The position numbers were made by a program, and so were the translations under genes. DNA of 64,000 nt from an uncultured delta proteobacterium (GTDB lineage Bacteria; Myxococcota; UBA727; VGSZ01). The stretch is from NCBI GenBank assembly GCA_963775425.1, contig CAVZJB010000016.1, forward strand, positions 1,024,001 through 1,088,000, in the 5' to 3' direction. Under the pieces are notes generated by a model. It saw only the letters and a program-made list of their open reading frames with translations, was not told where the DNA came from and did no database searches. Shown piece after piece: positions 10,377 through 20,484 of the stretch (position 1 is the stretch's first letter; each line of letters starts with the position of its first letter).

Positions 10377-11986
10377 GGCGGCTCGCTCGCAACCTTCTGC
10401 CGGGGACGTTCGCGCTCGTCATGGGTGCCTGCGTGACCACGCAGCAGATCGCCGATCGCTCGCCGGACCCGCGCGACGACCTGCCGGCGCTGACGAGCGC
10501 CGACCAGGCCGCGCTCGCGACCAAAAAGCGCGCGGAGCGCGCCGCCGCGCACCCGCTCCGCACCGTGATCGCCACCTCGGCGCACGATCCCATCGTCAAC
10601 GTGCGCGTGGTCTTCGAGGCCGGCTCCGCCGACGACCCCGCGGGCAAGGAGGGGCTCGCCATGCTCAGCGCGAGCCTCATGCGCGAGGCGACGGAGAAGC
10701 TCACTGCCGCCAAGCTCCAGGAGACGCTCTTTCCCTGGGCCGCCGAGCTCGGCGTGCAGGTCGACAAGGACACGACGGTGTTCATGGGCCGCGTGCACAA
10801 GGACCACGAGAGCGAGTGGGGCGACGTGCTCCTCGACGTCATCCTGCACCCGCGCCTCGACAAGGGTGACTTCGAGCGCAAGCGCGCGGAGCAGAAGGCG
10901 TTCATCGAAAACACCTTGCGCACCGGCAACGACGAGCTCCTGCAGCGCGAGGCGTTGGAGACCGCGCTGTATCCGCCGGGCCACCCGTATCACCACACGC
11001 CGTGGGGCACGGTGAAGGGGCTCGACAGCATCACCCTCGACGACGTCCACGCGTTCATCGCCCAAAACCTCACGTACGACCGCGTGGTGCTCGGCGTGTC
11101 CGGCGGCGCGGACGACGCGCTCGTGAAGAAGCTCGAGGCGGGGCTCTCGTCGCTCCCGTTCTCGACGGCGCCGCGGGCCGCGGTGAAGACGCCCGCGCTG
11201 CCGATGAAGAACGTCGCGGAGCTCATCGACAAGCCGGCGGCCGGCACCGCCATCTCCATCGGCTACGTCCTCCCCGAGCTGTCCCGCACGAGCCCCGACT
11301 ACGCCGCCATGAAGCTCGCAGAGACGTGGTTCGGTGAGCACCGCAGCCTCATCGGCCACCTCTTCGACGCCATGCGGGAGAAGCGCGGCCTCAACTACGG
11401 CGACTATGCGTACATCGAGCACTTCCGGCAGGCGGGCTGGGGCACGTTCGAGCAGCTCAACATCCCGCGGCGCACGCAGTACTTCTCGATGTGGATCCGC
11501 CCCGTCGAGCACAAGAACCGCCTCTTCGCGCTCCGGCAGACGGCGTACGAGCTCGACAAATTCGCGCGCTTCGGCATCCCCGACGACGAGAGCTTCGAGC
11601 GCGCCAGGTCCTACGTTCAGGGCTACTGGCGCGCCAAGGAAGCGGAGCCCATGCGGCGGCTCGGCTACCAGATGGACACGGCGATGTCGGGCTCCATCAG
11701 CCGCGAGCAACTGCGCAAAGCGGTGGCGCGGCTCACCCGCGCCGAGGTGAACGCGGCCATCAAGCGCCACCTGCACCCGGGCAGCGAGACCATCGTCGTC
11801 GTCACCGAGAAGGCGGACGCGCTCAAAGCGGCCATCGACAAGGGGGACGCGTCGCCCATCTCGTATGCGTCGAGCAAGGTCCCGAAGGAACAGAAGGACG
11901 AGGACAAGATCATCGAGGTGTTCGATCTCGGCCTCGCGCCCGACCGCATCCACGTCGTCCCTCCGTCGGCGCTGTTCGAGGAGTGA
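10373..11986 (+). CDS. M16 peptidase non-catalytic partner subunit, lipoprotein
   Basis: ATGA overlap with the upstream gene. Lipobox-like MGAC, GSADDPAGKEGLA without HXXEH, and REKRGLNYG. Confidence 0.88.
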
Positions 11987-11996
11987 GCGCGCGCCC

Positions 11997-12935
11997 ATGT
12001 CGCACGCGCTGTTGAGGGCCCTGTGCACGTTCGGCGCCGCCGTGGTGGCGCTGCCGGTCGTCGCATGGCTCGAAGGCCTGCGCGGGCGCTCGCAGTCGGG
12101 CGTGGTGAGCGGTCCGCGCGGCGCGTTCACTGCGCTTGCCACCGCCATCAAGCTCCTCGAGAAGCGCGCGCCGCGCGCGCTCGAGACCGATCGCCTGTTG
12201 CATACGACCGCGCCGGTGCTCGCGCTCATCCCCACGCTCGCGCTGTTGACCATGCTGCCGGTGTCGCCCGACGACCCCATCGGGGCCACGCTCCCGCAGA
12301 TCCTGGCGATGCCGCTGTTGTCGACGGGGGCGGTCGCGCTGGCGGGCTTCGGCAGCGGCAGCCGCCTCGCGCACCTCGCGGCGCTCCGCCTGGTCGCGCT
12401 GCGTTTGAGCGTCCTCGTCGTCGTGGGTGCGGCGGCCATGGCGGTCGCGCACGTCGCGGGCTCCGTCGACATGCCGGTGCTGGCTGCGGCGCAGGCAGAG
12501 CCGCTCCTCGGCGTGCTGCCGCGCTGGGGGATCTTCGTCGCGCCGACGGCCTGCCTGGCGGCGACGGTGGCGCTGGCGGTGCACGCGCAGCACGTGTCGC
12601 GCTCGCGGACGGAGCCGTCGCTCGCGGAGCCCTGGCTCGGCGACGCCACGGGCCCCGTCCTCCTCGGACATCGCATCTTCGAGAGCCTCGACCTCTTCGC
12701 CGGCGCGAGCGTCCTGGCGGTGCTCTTCTTCGGCGCTTGGGACATCCCGGGCCTCGCCGTGCCTGACACGCTCGCCACGGCCCTGAAGATCCTGCTCGCG
12801 CTGGCGGCGGTGGTCGGCGTGCGCAACATCCTCCCCGTGCTCACGCCCGCCGTCGCCCTCCGCGTCTGCTGGATCGTGCTGTTGCCGCTGGCGGTGATAG
12901 CCCTCGTCGCCGTCGAGCTCTTCTTCGTTTCCTGA
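11997..12935 (+). CDS. NuoH/ND1-like membrane protein, divergent and solitary
   Basis: GPRGAFTALATAIKLLEKR...DRLLHTTAPVLA resembles the NuoH N-terminus. Multiple TM helices and LFFGAW. Confidence 0.6.
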   Translation: MSHALLRALCTFGAAVVALPVVAWLEGLRGRSQSGVVSGPRGAFTALATAIKLLEKRAPRALETDRLLHTTAPVLALIPTLALLTMLPVSPDDPIGATLPQILAMPLLSTGAVALAGFGSGSRLAHLAALRLVALRLSVLVVVGAAAMAVAHVAGSVDMPVLAAAQAEPLLGVLPRWGIFVAPTACLAATVALAVHAQHVSRSRTEPSLAEPWLGDATGPVLLGHRIFESLDLFAGASVLAVLFFGAWDIPGLAVPDTLATALKILLALAAVVGVRNILPVLTPAVALRVCWIVLLPLAVIALVAVELFFVS

Positions 12936-12937
12936 CC

Positions 12938-13198
12938 CTACGTCGGGGCGTCGCCGCGGCGGTCCTTGCGCAGGCCCGTTGCGTCGTCGTCGAGGATGAG
13001 CGCCCCCTGCACCGCCTCGAGCAGCAACGCCGTCGAGCGCGCGTCGCCCGCCTGCGCGGCCGCCGCGAGCTTGCCGAGCCAGGCGCGCTCGGCCTGCGGC
13101 AGGCTCTCGAGAGGAACGCGGGCGCGCGAAAAGAGCGCGTCGCTCACGCGAAGCTCAACCAACGCGCCTCGCTCGAACCGCGCGACGTCGATGTTCAC
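12938..13198 (-). CDS. Small hypothetical protein, last gene of the cys operon
   Basis: GTG at 13198 overlaps the upstream stop (GTGA), with a GAGGAG RBS. Confidence 0.55.
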   Translation of the reverse strand: MNIDVARFERGALVELRVSDALFSRARVPLESLPQAERAWLGKLAAAAQAGDARSTALLLEAVQGALILDDDATGLRKDRRGDAPT

Positions 13199-13833
13199 AG
13201 CAGCTCCTCCTCGACGGCGCGCTTGATCTCCGAGCGCACCTCGCCGCCGGGGAGCAGCGGCGCGGTGACGAAGCGAAACCACGCCTGCTCGACGAACGCG
13301 TCGAGCACCTGCGCCCGCTCCTGGAACACCGGGAAGCGCTCGAGCAGGCGCGGGCGCGCGGCGCCGAGCACCTCGGCGAGCGTGCCGAGGGCGGGCGGCA
13401 ACACCTGCTCCAGGCGCTGGCGCACCTTGCGGGCGAGCGCGGGGCTCGCCCCCGACGTGCCCACGACGACCGCGAGCGGGCCGCGACGGATCATGGCGCC
13501 GCTGTAGAAGTCCGACTGCTCCGCGCGGTCCACCACGTTCACGAGCGCGCCGTGGGCGCGGGCGTCGGCGGCCACGGCGTCGTCGACGGCGCGATCACCC
13601 GTGGCCGCGACCACGATGAACGCACCGGCCGTGTCCCCCGGCGCGAACGCACGCGCGAGGTGCTCCACGCCGGCCGGGGGCGGCCCACCCGAAGCCAGCT
13701 CGGGGCTGATCAGGGCGACCCGCGCCCCCGCGTCCGCGAGCTCCGCGGCCTTGTGGCGGCCGACGGCGCCGCCGCCGACGACGACGGCGCGCTTGCCCGC
13801 CACCTTCAGGAACATCGGGTACAGCGGCTTCAT
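13195..13833 (-). CDS. Precorrin-2 dehydrogenase / sirohydrochlorin ferrochelatase (SirC/CysG N-terminal type)
   Basis: MKPLYPMFL, VVVGGGAVGRHK, VNVVDRAEQSDFY and GTSGASPALAR. Confidence 0.9.
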   Translation of the reverse strand: MKPLYPMFLKVAGKRAVVVGGGAVGRHKAAELADAGARVALISPELASGGPPPAGVEHLARAFAPGDTAGAFIVVAATGDRAVDDAVAADARAHGALVNVVDRAEQSDFYSGAMIRRGPLAVVVGTSGASPALARKVRQRLEQVLPPALGTLAEVLGAARPRLLERFPVFQERAQVLDAFVEQAWFRFVTAPLLPGGEVRSEIKRAVEEELL

Positions 13834-14252
13834 CGCGCGCACCGCGCGAACAGCGGACGACGCTCGCCGACGTCGCCCTGGTAGCGCACCGAGAAGCGTG
13901 TGAGCGCCGCGAGCGCGTGCTCCTCGTCGCGCGCGTCGCGCAGGATGACCTCGTCGAAGCCGCAGCGTCCGAGAAACGGCAGCGCGTCGACGACCACGGC
14001 GCCCACGGCGCGCAGCCGCCCCTCGAAGCCGCGCTCTCGCAAGACCCGCGCCTGCGTGAAGGGCCGACCCTCGCTCGCCTTGGGGAAGCTCAGGACCACG
14101 CGCTGGACGCCGTCGAGGTCGAGCGCGCCGACGTCGTCGCCGGGCGCGACCTCGAGCGTGCGTCCGCCGGCGGGCGGATCGACGAAGCGCGCGCTCCGCG
14201 GGTCGCCCGCGGGGATCTCGAGGACACGGCGCGACGCCGGGCTCGACGTCAC
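13830..14252 (-). CDS. DUF934 family protein (sulfite-reductase associated)
   Basis: FPKASEGRPFTQARVLRERGFEGRLRAVGAVVVD...RCGFD. It sits directly after cysI, as is usual for DUF934. Confidence 0.85.
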   Translation of the reverse strand: MTSSPASRRVLEIPAGDPRSARFVDPPAGGRTLEVAPGDDVGALDLDGVQRVVLSFPKASEGRPFTQARVLRERGFEGRLRAVGAVVVDALPFLGRCGFDEVILRDARDEEHALAALTRFSVRYQGDVGERRPLFARCAR

Positions 14253-14264
14253 GAGGGGCTCCCG

Positions 14265-15941
14265 TCATGCATACACGCGCTCCGCGAAGGGCTTGAGCCC
14301 GATGCGCCGCACGGTGTCGAGGAACCGCTCGTCGTCGCCCTCGCGGTTGTCGACGTAGACCTGCACGATCTTCTCGACCGCGTCGGCGACCTCTTCCCTG
14401 GGGACGGCGGGGCCGATCCACTTGCCGATGCCGGCGTCCGCCTCCTCGGAGCCCCCGAGCAGGATCTGGTAGGCCTCGACGCCCTTCATGTCGACGCCGA
14501 GGATGCCGATGTGGCCGACGTGGTGGTGGCCGCAGGAGTTGATGCAGCCGGACATCTTCAACTTGATCTCGCCGAGATCGTAGAGCTGGTCGAGGTCGTC
14601 GAAGCGCTCCGTGACCGCCTGCGCCACCGGGATGGAGGCGGTGTTGGCGAGGTTGCAGTAGTCGAGGCCGGGGCAGCAGATGATGTCCTGGAGCGTGCCG
14701 ATGTTCGCCTGCGCGAGCCCGAGCGCCCGCAGCTCGCGCCACAGCGCCGGCAGCGCCGCCTCTTCGACGTCGCCGAGGAGCAGGTTCTGCGTGTGCGTCG
14801 CGCGCGCTTGTCCGCGGCTGTAGCGGTCGGCGAGGTCGGCCACCGCCTCGAGCTCCTCGGCGGTGACGTCGCCGGGCGGCCGGGTGCTGCCGTCGAGCCG
14901 CGTGCCCTTGAGCGACACGTACGCCGCGCGCAGGCCCTTCACTTTGTGCTCGACGGTGTTGAAGCGCTTCCAGCGCATGAACGCCTTGGCCTCGTCCTCG
15001 TCGAGCAGGCGCGCGTCGCGGGGCGGGGTCGCCGGCGCCGGCGTCGTCGCGGGCGCCGGCGGCGCGAAGTGCGCGGCGATGCGCGCGATCTCTGCGCGGA
15101 TGTCGGCGGGTCCGGCCGCGAGGATGCGCGCGTGCTCGTCGCGCACCCGCCGCCGGAATTCGTCGATGCCGAGGTCGCGCACGAGGATCTTGATGCGTGC
15201 CTTGTACAGGTTGTCCCGGTTCCCCTCGCGGTTGTACACGCGCAAGACGGCCTCGACATAGGTCAACACGTGCGCGGGATCGAGGTGCTCCTCGACCACA
15301 CGGGCCACGAGCGGCGTGCGCCCGAGGCCGCCGCCGACGAGCACCGCGCAGCGCACCGCGCCGTCGTGGCGGTGCAGGCGCAGGCCGATGTCGTGGACGG
15401 CGGTGGCGGCGCGGTCCGCCGGGGAGCCCGAGACCGCGATCTTGAATTTGCGCGGCAGAAACGACAGCTCGGGATGCAGGGTGGACCACTGCCGCAACAG
15501 CTCGCACCAGGGTCGCGGGTCCTCCACCTCGTCGGCGGCGACGCCCGCGAGGTGATCGCAGGTGATGTTGCGCACGACGTTCCCGCTGGTCTGCAGCGCG
15601 TGCATCTGCGCCCTGGCGAGCGCGGCGAGGATGTCCGGGGTCTCCTCGAGCCGCGGCCAATTGAGCTGGACGTTCTGACGCGTGGTGAAGTGGGCGTAGC
15701 CCTTGTCGTAGTCGCGCGCGATGCCGGCGAGGGCGCGGAGCTGCGCCGAGGACAACATGCCGTACGGCACGGCGACGCGCAGCATGTACGCGTGGAGCTG
15801 GTGGTAGAGGCCGTTTTTCAAGCGAAGCGGCCGGAAGTCCTCCTCGGAGAGCTTGCCCGCCATGAACCGCGCGACCTGGTCGCGGTACTCCGCCACGCGC
15901 TCGTCGACGAGGGTCTGATCGTAGGCGTCATACCGGTACAT
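14265..15941 (-). CDS. cysI: Sulfite reductase hemoprotein (nitrite/sulfite reductase family)
   Basis: FRPLRLKNGLY, HFTTRQNVQ and LPRKFKIA. Siroheme/4Fe-4S ligands CCPGLDYCNLA and SGCINSCGHHH. Confidence 0.93.
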   Translation of the reverse strand: MYRYDAYDQTLVDERVAEYRDQVARFMAGKLSEEDFRPLRLKNGLYHQLHAYMLRVAVPYGMLSSAQLRALAGIARDYDKGYAHFTTRQNVQLNWPRLEETPDILAALARAQMHALQTSGNVVRNITCDHLAGVAADEVEDPRPWCELLRQWSTLHPELSFLPRKFKIAVSGSPADRAATAVHDIGLRLHRHDGAVRCAVLVGGGLGRTPLVARVVEEHLDPAHVLTYVEAVLRVYNREGNRDNLYKARIKILVRDLGIDEFRRRVRDEHARILAAGPADIRAEIARIAAHFAPPAPATTPAPATPPRDARLLDEDEAKAFMRWKRFNTVEHKVKGLRAAYVSLKGTRLDGSTRPPGDVTAEELEAVADLADRYSRGQARATHTQNLLLGDVEEAALPALWRELRALGLAQANIGTLQDIICCPGLDYCNLANTASIPVAQAVTERFDDLDQLYDLGEIKLKMSGCINSCGHHHVGHIGILGVDMKGVEAYQILLGGSEEADAGIGKWIGPAVPREEVADAVEKIVQVYVDNREGDDERFLDTVRRIGLKPFAERVYA

Positions 15942-16782
15942 CCACGCCTCCTTCCGCCACCGCTTCCGCCACCGCGTCCGCCGCCCACGACGACGCCACG
16001 ACGGCGGCGCGCACGCTGACGACGTCGCCGACCACGATGACCGCCGGCGCCTGCACGCGAAGCACGCGCGCCTCGACGGCGAGCCGCTCGAGCGTGGTGG
16101 TGGTCACGCGCTCGCCGAGCTGCGCGCCGTTCTCCACGATGGCCACGGGCGTGTCCGGCCGCCGGCCTTCCTCGAGGAGCACCTCGACGATCCGCTCGAC
16201 GACGCGCACCGCCATGAGGAACACCAGCGTGCCCCCGGTGTGCGCCGCCGCGCGCCACGCGGCCTCGGGCGAGACCCGCACGCGCGTCATCCCCGTGAGC
16301 ACGGTGAACGAAGTGGCCACGCCGCGGTGGGTGACGGGGATGCCCGCGAGCGCCGGCACCGCCAATGCGCTCGACAGCCCGGGGACCACCTCACAGCGGA
16401 TGCCGTGCATGGCGAGGGCGAGGGCCTCCTCGGAGCCGCGCCCGAACACGTAGGGGTCGCCGCCCTTCAAGCGGACCACGAAGCGCCCCGCGCGCGCCTC
16501 CTCGACGAGCATCCCGCAGGTCAGCTCCTGCGCGGTCTGCGGCCCGCCGCCGATCTTGCCGACGTCGACGACGCGGGCGCCGGGGCGCACGAGCTCGAGC
16601 ACGCGCTCGTCGACGAGCGCGTCCACGAGGACCACGTCGGCCCGGCCGATGAGGCGCGCCGCGCGGACGGTGAGCAGGTCGGGGTCGCCTGGGCCGGCGC
16701 CGACGAGGGCGACGCAGCCGGCCCTCGGCCCGCCGCGCTCCTCGCGCGCGGCGCGCAGCGCGGTGCTCGAATCAAGCGGCAT
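15928..16782 (-). CDS. cobA: Uroporphyrinogen-III C-methyltransferase
   Basis: LVGAGPGDPDLLT, VRLKGGDPYVFGRG, VPGLSS and GIPVTHRG. Confidence 0.93.
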   Translation of the reverse strand: MPLDSSTALRAAREERGGPRAGCVALVGAGPGDPDLLTVRAARLIGRADVVLVDALVDERVLELVRPGARVVDVGKIGGGPQTAQELTCGMLVEEARAGRFVVRLKGGDPYVFGRGSEEALALAMHGIRCEVVPGLSSALAVPALAGIPVTHRGVATSFTVLTGMTRVRVSPEAAWRAAAHTGGTLVFLMAVRVVERIVEVLLEEGRRPDTPVAIVENGAQLGERVTTTTLERLAVEARVLRVQAPAVIVVGDVVSVRAAVVASSWAADAVAEAVAEGGVDVPV

Positions 16783-18445
16783 CGGTCCTCCCCGCACGGC
16801 GCCCGCTCACGCTGACGGCGGCGACGACGACGTCGACGAGCGCGTCGAGCGCGTCCGGCGCGTCGAGGGAGGCGCCGCCGAACGGCCGCAGCGCGCCCGG
16901 GACGTCGAAGCCGCACGCGAGCGCGATCAAGCCCGCCGCCGCCAGCACCTGCGCCGCGCGGCGATCGTCCGCGAGCGCGACCGCGAGGCCGCGCTCGAAC
17001 AGGGCGCGCTCGACGACGTTCGGGTCGAGGGAGCCGGGGATCACCACGGCCGCGCCCGTGTGCCCGAAGCGCCGCGCGCGCTCCCCGGCGTCGACGGCGC
17101 GGGTGGAGGCCGCGGCCTCGTCGTCGAGCGCGCCGGTGATGATGCCGCCGCCAGCGACGTCGCGGTCGTCGACGAGAACGAAGCGGGCGCTCGCCTGCAA
17201 CCGGCGATCGGAGTCGAACGCGATGGGCGCGCGCGTCTCGAGCACGACGTCCGCCACCTCGTCCTTCTTCACGCTTTTGGCCTCGTCGCTGGACGACAGC
17301 GAGCCCGCGTCCACCACGCGCTCGACCGCGACCACGCGCGCGTCCGCCTCGAGCGTGCACAGGCGGAGCTTCAGCCGTCGCTCGACGTCGAGGGTGCGCT
17401 TCCCGAGCCAGAACACACGCGCGCGCAACCTGCGCCCCACGTGCGCCCGCGCCTCGGCGCCCGGCGTGGACGACGGAGACGGCGACGCCCGCTCGGGAGT
17501 GGCGACCTGTCCGCGCTCCACGAAGATGGGGTCCGTGAGCGTGAGGCCGACCGAGTCGCCGGCCACCGCCACCGACGTAGACGGCGCCGCCCAGCGCTCG
17601 ATGGTCTTCACCGTCGACACCGCGCCGCTCGGCAGGAAGCGCAGGCGGTCGCCGGTGCGCAGCACGCCCGCGTCGATGCGGCCGGCGATGATGCGGCGGT
17701 CATCGAAGCGGTACACGTCCTGGACGAACAGCCGCAGGGGCAGCTCCTCGTTCGGCCGCGGGCCCTCGAGCGTCAAAAGCTCGTCGAGCACCGTGCGCCC
17801 GGCATACCAGGGCATGTGCGGGCTGCGCGCCACGATGTTTTCGCCCTCGCGCGCGACCACCGGGATGAACGCCCGCGCGGTGACGCCGACCGAAGCGAGG
17901 AACGCGCCGAGCTCGGTCTCGACCGCGCGGAACGCCTGCTCCGACCGGTCCACCCGATCGAGCTTGTTGACGACGACGACGACGTCTTCGATGCCGAGGA
18001 GCGCCAGGAGCTGCGCGTGCCGGCGCGACTGCTCGCGCACGCCCTCGTCCGCGGCGACGAGCAACACCGCGGCGTCGGCGGCGGCGGCGCCGGTGACCAT
18101 GTTGCGCAGGAACTCGCGGTGCCCGGGCGCGTCGACGAGCACCAGGGTGCGCTCCGGCAAGCGCAGCCAGACGGTGGACGCGTCGATGGTGACGTTCTGA
18201 TCGCGCTCCGCCTCGAGCGCGTCGAGGACAAACGCCATCTCGAACGGGACGCCCCGGCGCGCGCAGGAGGCGCGCACGCTCTCGAGCTTGCCCTCGGGCA
18301 GCGCGCCCGAGTCGGCGAGGAGGCGCCCGGTGAGGGTGGACTTGCCGTGGTCGACGTGGCCGACGAGGACGACGCGCAGCGGCGCCGCCGTCGACGGGGG
18401 TGCCGCCTCGGCAGGTGCGGGGCGCACGGCGCGGCGGGCCGTCAC
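16772..18445 (-). CDS. cysN: Sulfate adenylyltransferase subunit 1 (GTPase) with eroded C-terminal APS-kinase remnant
   Basis: GHVDHGKSTL, ERDQNVTID, DAPGH and VNKLD. The GTG at 18445 overlaps the cysD stop. Confidence 0.9.
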   Translation of the reverse strand: MTARRAVRPAPAEAAPPSTAAPLRVVLVGHVDHGKSTLTGRLLADSGALPEGKLESVRASCARRGVPFEMAFVLDALEAERDQNVTIDASTVWLRLPERTLVLVDAPGHREFLRNMVTGAAAADAAVLLVAADEGVREQSRRHAQLLALLGIEDVVVVVNKLDRVDRSEQAFRAVETELGAFLASVGVTARAFIPVVAREGENIVARSPHMPWYAGRTVLDELLTLEGPRPNEELPLRLFVQDVYRFDDRRIIAGRIDAGVLRTGDRLRFLPSGAVSTVKTIERWAAPSTSVAVAGDSVGLTLTDPIFVERGQVATPERASPSPSSTPGAEARAHVGRRLRARVFWLGKRTLDVERRLKLRLCTLEADARVVAVERVVDAGSLSSSDEAKSVKKDEVADVVLETRAPIAFDSDRRLQASARFVLVDDRDVAGGGIITGALDDEAAASTRAVDAGERARRFGHTGAAVVIPGSLDPNVVERALFERGLAVALADDRRAAQVLAAAGLIALACGFDVPGALRPFGGASLDAPDALDALVDVVVAAVSVSGRRAGRTDAA

Positions 18446-19326
18446 ATGTACCCCTGCGAGCGCAGGTGCTCGAACGCGTGCTCGCTCTCCTGGTCCTGCG
18501 CGCGCGTGCTGCGCTCGGCGACCTTGGTGGTGCGGAGCTCCTCGATGATCTCGGCCGTCGTCGATGCCGTGGACGCGATGGGCCGCGTGCACGGCGCGCA
18601 GCCGAGCGAGCGGTAGCGGACGCTCTCGCCGTCGGGCCCCGGGTGCGCGAAGTAGATGGGGACGACGGGGATCTGTTCGCGCTCGATGTAGCGCCACACG
18701 TCGATCTCGGTCCAGTGCAGCAGCGGATGCACGCGCACGTGGGTGCCCGGCGCCGTATCGATCTTGAACTGGTCCCAGAGCTCCGGCGGCTGCTCCTTCA
18801 CGTCCCACGCGTTGTCGACGCCGCGCGGAGAGAACACCCGCTCCTTGGCGCGCGTGCCCTCCTCGTCCCTGCGGATGCCGGCGATGACGGCGTCGTAGCC
18901 CTGCTCATGGATCACGCGGTTGAGCGGCTCGGTCTTGAGCGCACCGCAGCACTCGACCCGCGTGGCGTCGCCGTTTGGATAGGTGCGGCCGATGGCGACG
19001 AGGCCGTCGTCGAGACCGCGGTGCGCGCCGAGCGCGGCTTCGTTGCGCCCCACGATCAGGTCGAGGCCCCACTCGCGCGCGAGCCGGTCGCGGAACGCGA
19101 TCATCTCGGGGATCTTGTAGCTGGTGTCGACGTGGACGACGGGGAACGGCACGCGTCCGAAGAACGCCTTGCGCGTGAGCCAGAGCATCACGCTCGAGTC
19201 CTTGCCCACGCTCCACAGCATGGCGAGCCTGTCGAACGCCGCGCGCGCCTCGCGCAGGATGTAGATGGAGCGCGACTCGAGCTCGTCGAGGTCAGTCCTC
19301 GAGGTGGACGCTGCGTCATGCGGCAT
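18442..19326 (-). CDS. cysD: Sulfate adenylyltransferase subunit 2
   Basis: LDELESRSIYILRE, WSVGKDSSV, GIRRDEEGTRAKER and RYRSLGC. Confidence 0.95.
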   Translation of the reverse strand: MPHDAASTSRTDLDELESRSIYILREARAAFDRLAMLWSVGKDSSVMLWLTRKAFFGRVPFPVVHVDTSYKIPEMIAFRDRLAREWGLDLIVGRNEAALGAHRGLDDGLVAIGRTYPNGDATRVECCGALKTEPLNRVIHEQGYDAVIAGIRRDEEGTRAKERVFSPRGVDNAWDVKEQPPELWDQFKIDTAPGTHVRVHPLLHWTEIDVWRYIEREQIPVVPIYFAHPGPDGESVRYRSLGCAPCTRPIASTASTTAEIIEELRTTKVAERSTRAQDQESEHAFEHLRSQGYM

Positions 19327-20074
19327 GAGGGGCCTCCTTTCTCTGCTCGACCATAGCCGGGTGCGCCGGGTGCAGACCGCACTCCTTGTGCTCCGGCGCT
19401 TCCCACCACCAGCGGCCGGCACGAGGATTTTCTCCCGCTGCGACGGCGCGCGTGCACGGCGCGCAGCCGATGCTCGGGTAGCCCTGCGCGTGCAGCGCGC
19501 TCACGGGGACGTCGTGGACCGCGACGTACTTCCACAGCTCCGCGTCCGTCATGCGCCACAGCGGGCTGAGCTTCACGAGGCCGCGCTCGTCGAGAGCGAA
19601 CGGCGCGAGCGCGGCCCGCGTGGGCGACTGCGCCTGGCGAAGCCCCGTGGCCCACGCGCCGGCGCCGGCGAGCGCGCGACCGAGCGGCTCCACCTTGCGG
19701 ATGCGGCAGCACTCCTTGCGGTCCTCGACGCTGTTTCGGAACGAGCGCGTGCCCTTGATGGTCACGAGCGCCTCGACGGCGGCGCGCTCCGGAAAGAACA
19801 CCTCGACCTCGACGCCGTAGCGCGCGCGCACGCGGTCCATGACGTCGTAGGTCTCCTCGTGCAGCCGGCCGGTGTCGAGCGTGACGACGCGGAAGCGGCG
19901 CGACACGCGCTGCGCGATGTCGATGAGGACGACGTCTTCGGCCGAGAAGCTCGAGGCGAACACCAGCCCCGCGCCGAACCGCTGGATGCCCCACGCGACG
20001 ATCTGCTGGGCGCTCATCGTCGCCGCCCGCGCGTTGAGCGCGGCGACGTCGACGTCGTCATCGATGACGGTCAT
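19316..20074 (-). CDS. cysH: APS/PAPS reductase (4Fe-4S APS-reductase type)
   Basis: SSFSAED, LDTGRL, ECCRIRKVEPL, SIGCAPCT and KECGLH. Confidence 0.93.
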   Translation of the reverse strand: MTVIDDDVDVAALNARAATMSAQQIVAWGIQRFGAGLVFASSFSAEDVVLIDIAQRVSRRFRVVTLDTGRLHEETYDVMDRVRARYGVEVEVFFPERAAVEALVTIKGTRSFRNSVEDRKECCRIRKVEPLGRALAGAGAWATGLRQAQSPTRAALAPFALDERGLVKLSPLWRMTDAELWKYVAVHDVPVSALHAQGYPSIGCAPCTRAVAAGENPRAGRWWWEAPEHKECGLHPAHPAMVEQRKEAPHAA

Positions 20075-20323
20075 CAGATCCCCTCCATGGCATCGAGCGC
20101 GCGCGCTGCGGCGCCGGGCGGCGAGCCTGGTGGAACGAGAGCTCGCGCGCGCGCAGCCGGCCCGCGACGTCGAGGGCCGGCGAGCGCGAGCTCACATCGT
20201 CGGCGCGCTTGCGGCGAAAGAGCCGGCCGATCTGCGGCAGGGTCTTTGCCTCGAGCGCGAGCCTTCCGGCGGTTCCGAGGAGCGCGAAGAGCACGCTTCC
20301 CATGTGCCGCGCCGCGGCATGGC

Positions 20324-20364
20324 TGTCAACCAATAAGACAGATCTGTATCCGTAATAGCGGATA
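20324..20364 (-). promoter_or_regulatory. AT-rich promoter/operator region of the cys operon
   Basis: TTGACA on the minus strand at 20324-20329. Palindrome ACAGATCTGT at 20338-20347. Inverted repeat TATCCG-N6-CGGATA at 20347-20364. Confidence 0.5.
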
Positions 20365-20484
20365 TCGCGCGACCTCCTCGTTCCTCCGAGGCAGTCAGAG
20401 CATCCGTGCGTCTGTGATAACGGACAATCCAGCGGCGCCCACGACGAGCGGCGTCCCGCCGCGAAGGTCGTCGCGTCGCTTTGC

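Noticed and set aside
20395-20420. Other GATAA/GATAT sites (about 20414, 24972, 26886) as further sigma28-like promoters
   Set aside because: None has CAAC at the 15-nt spacing, and two have no correctly oriented downstream gene.
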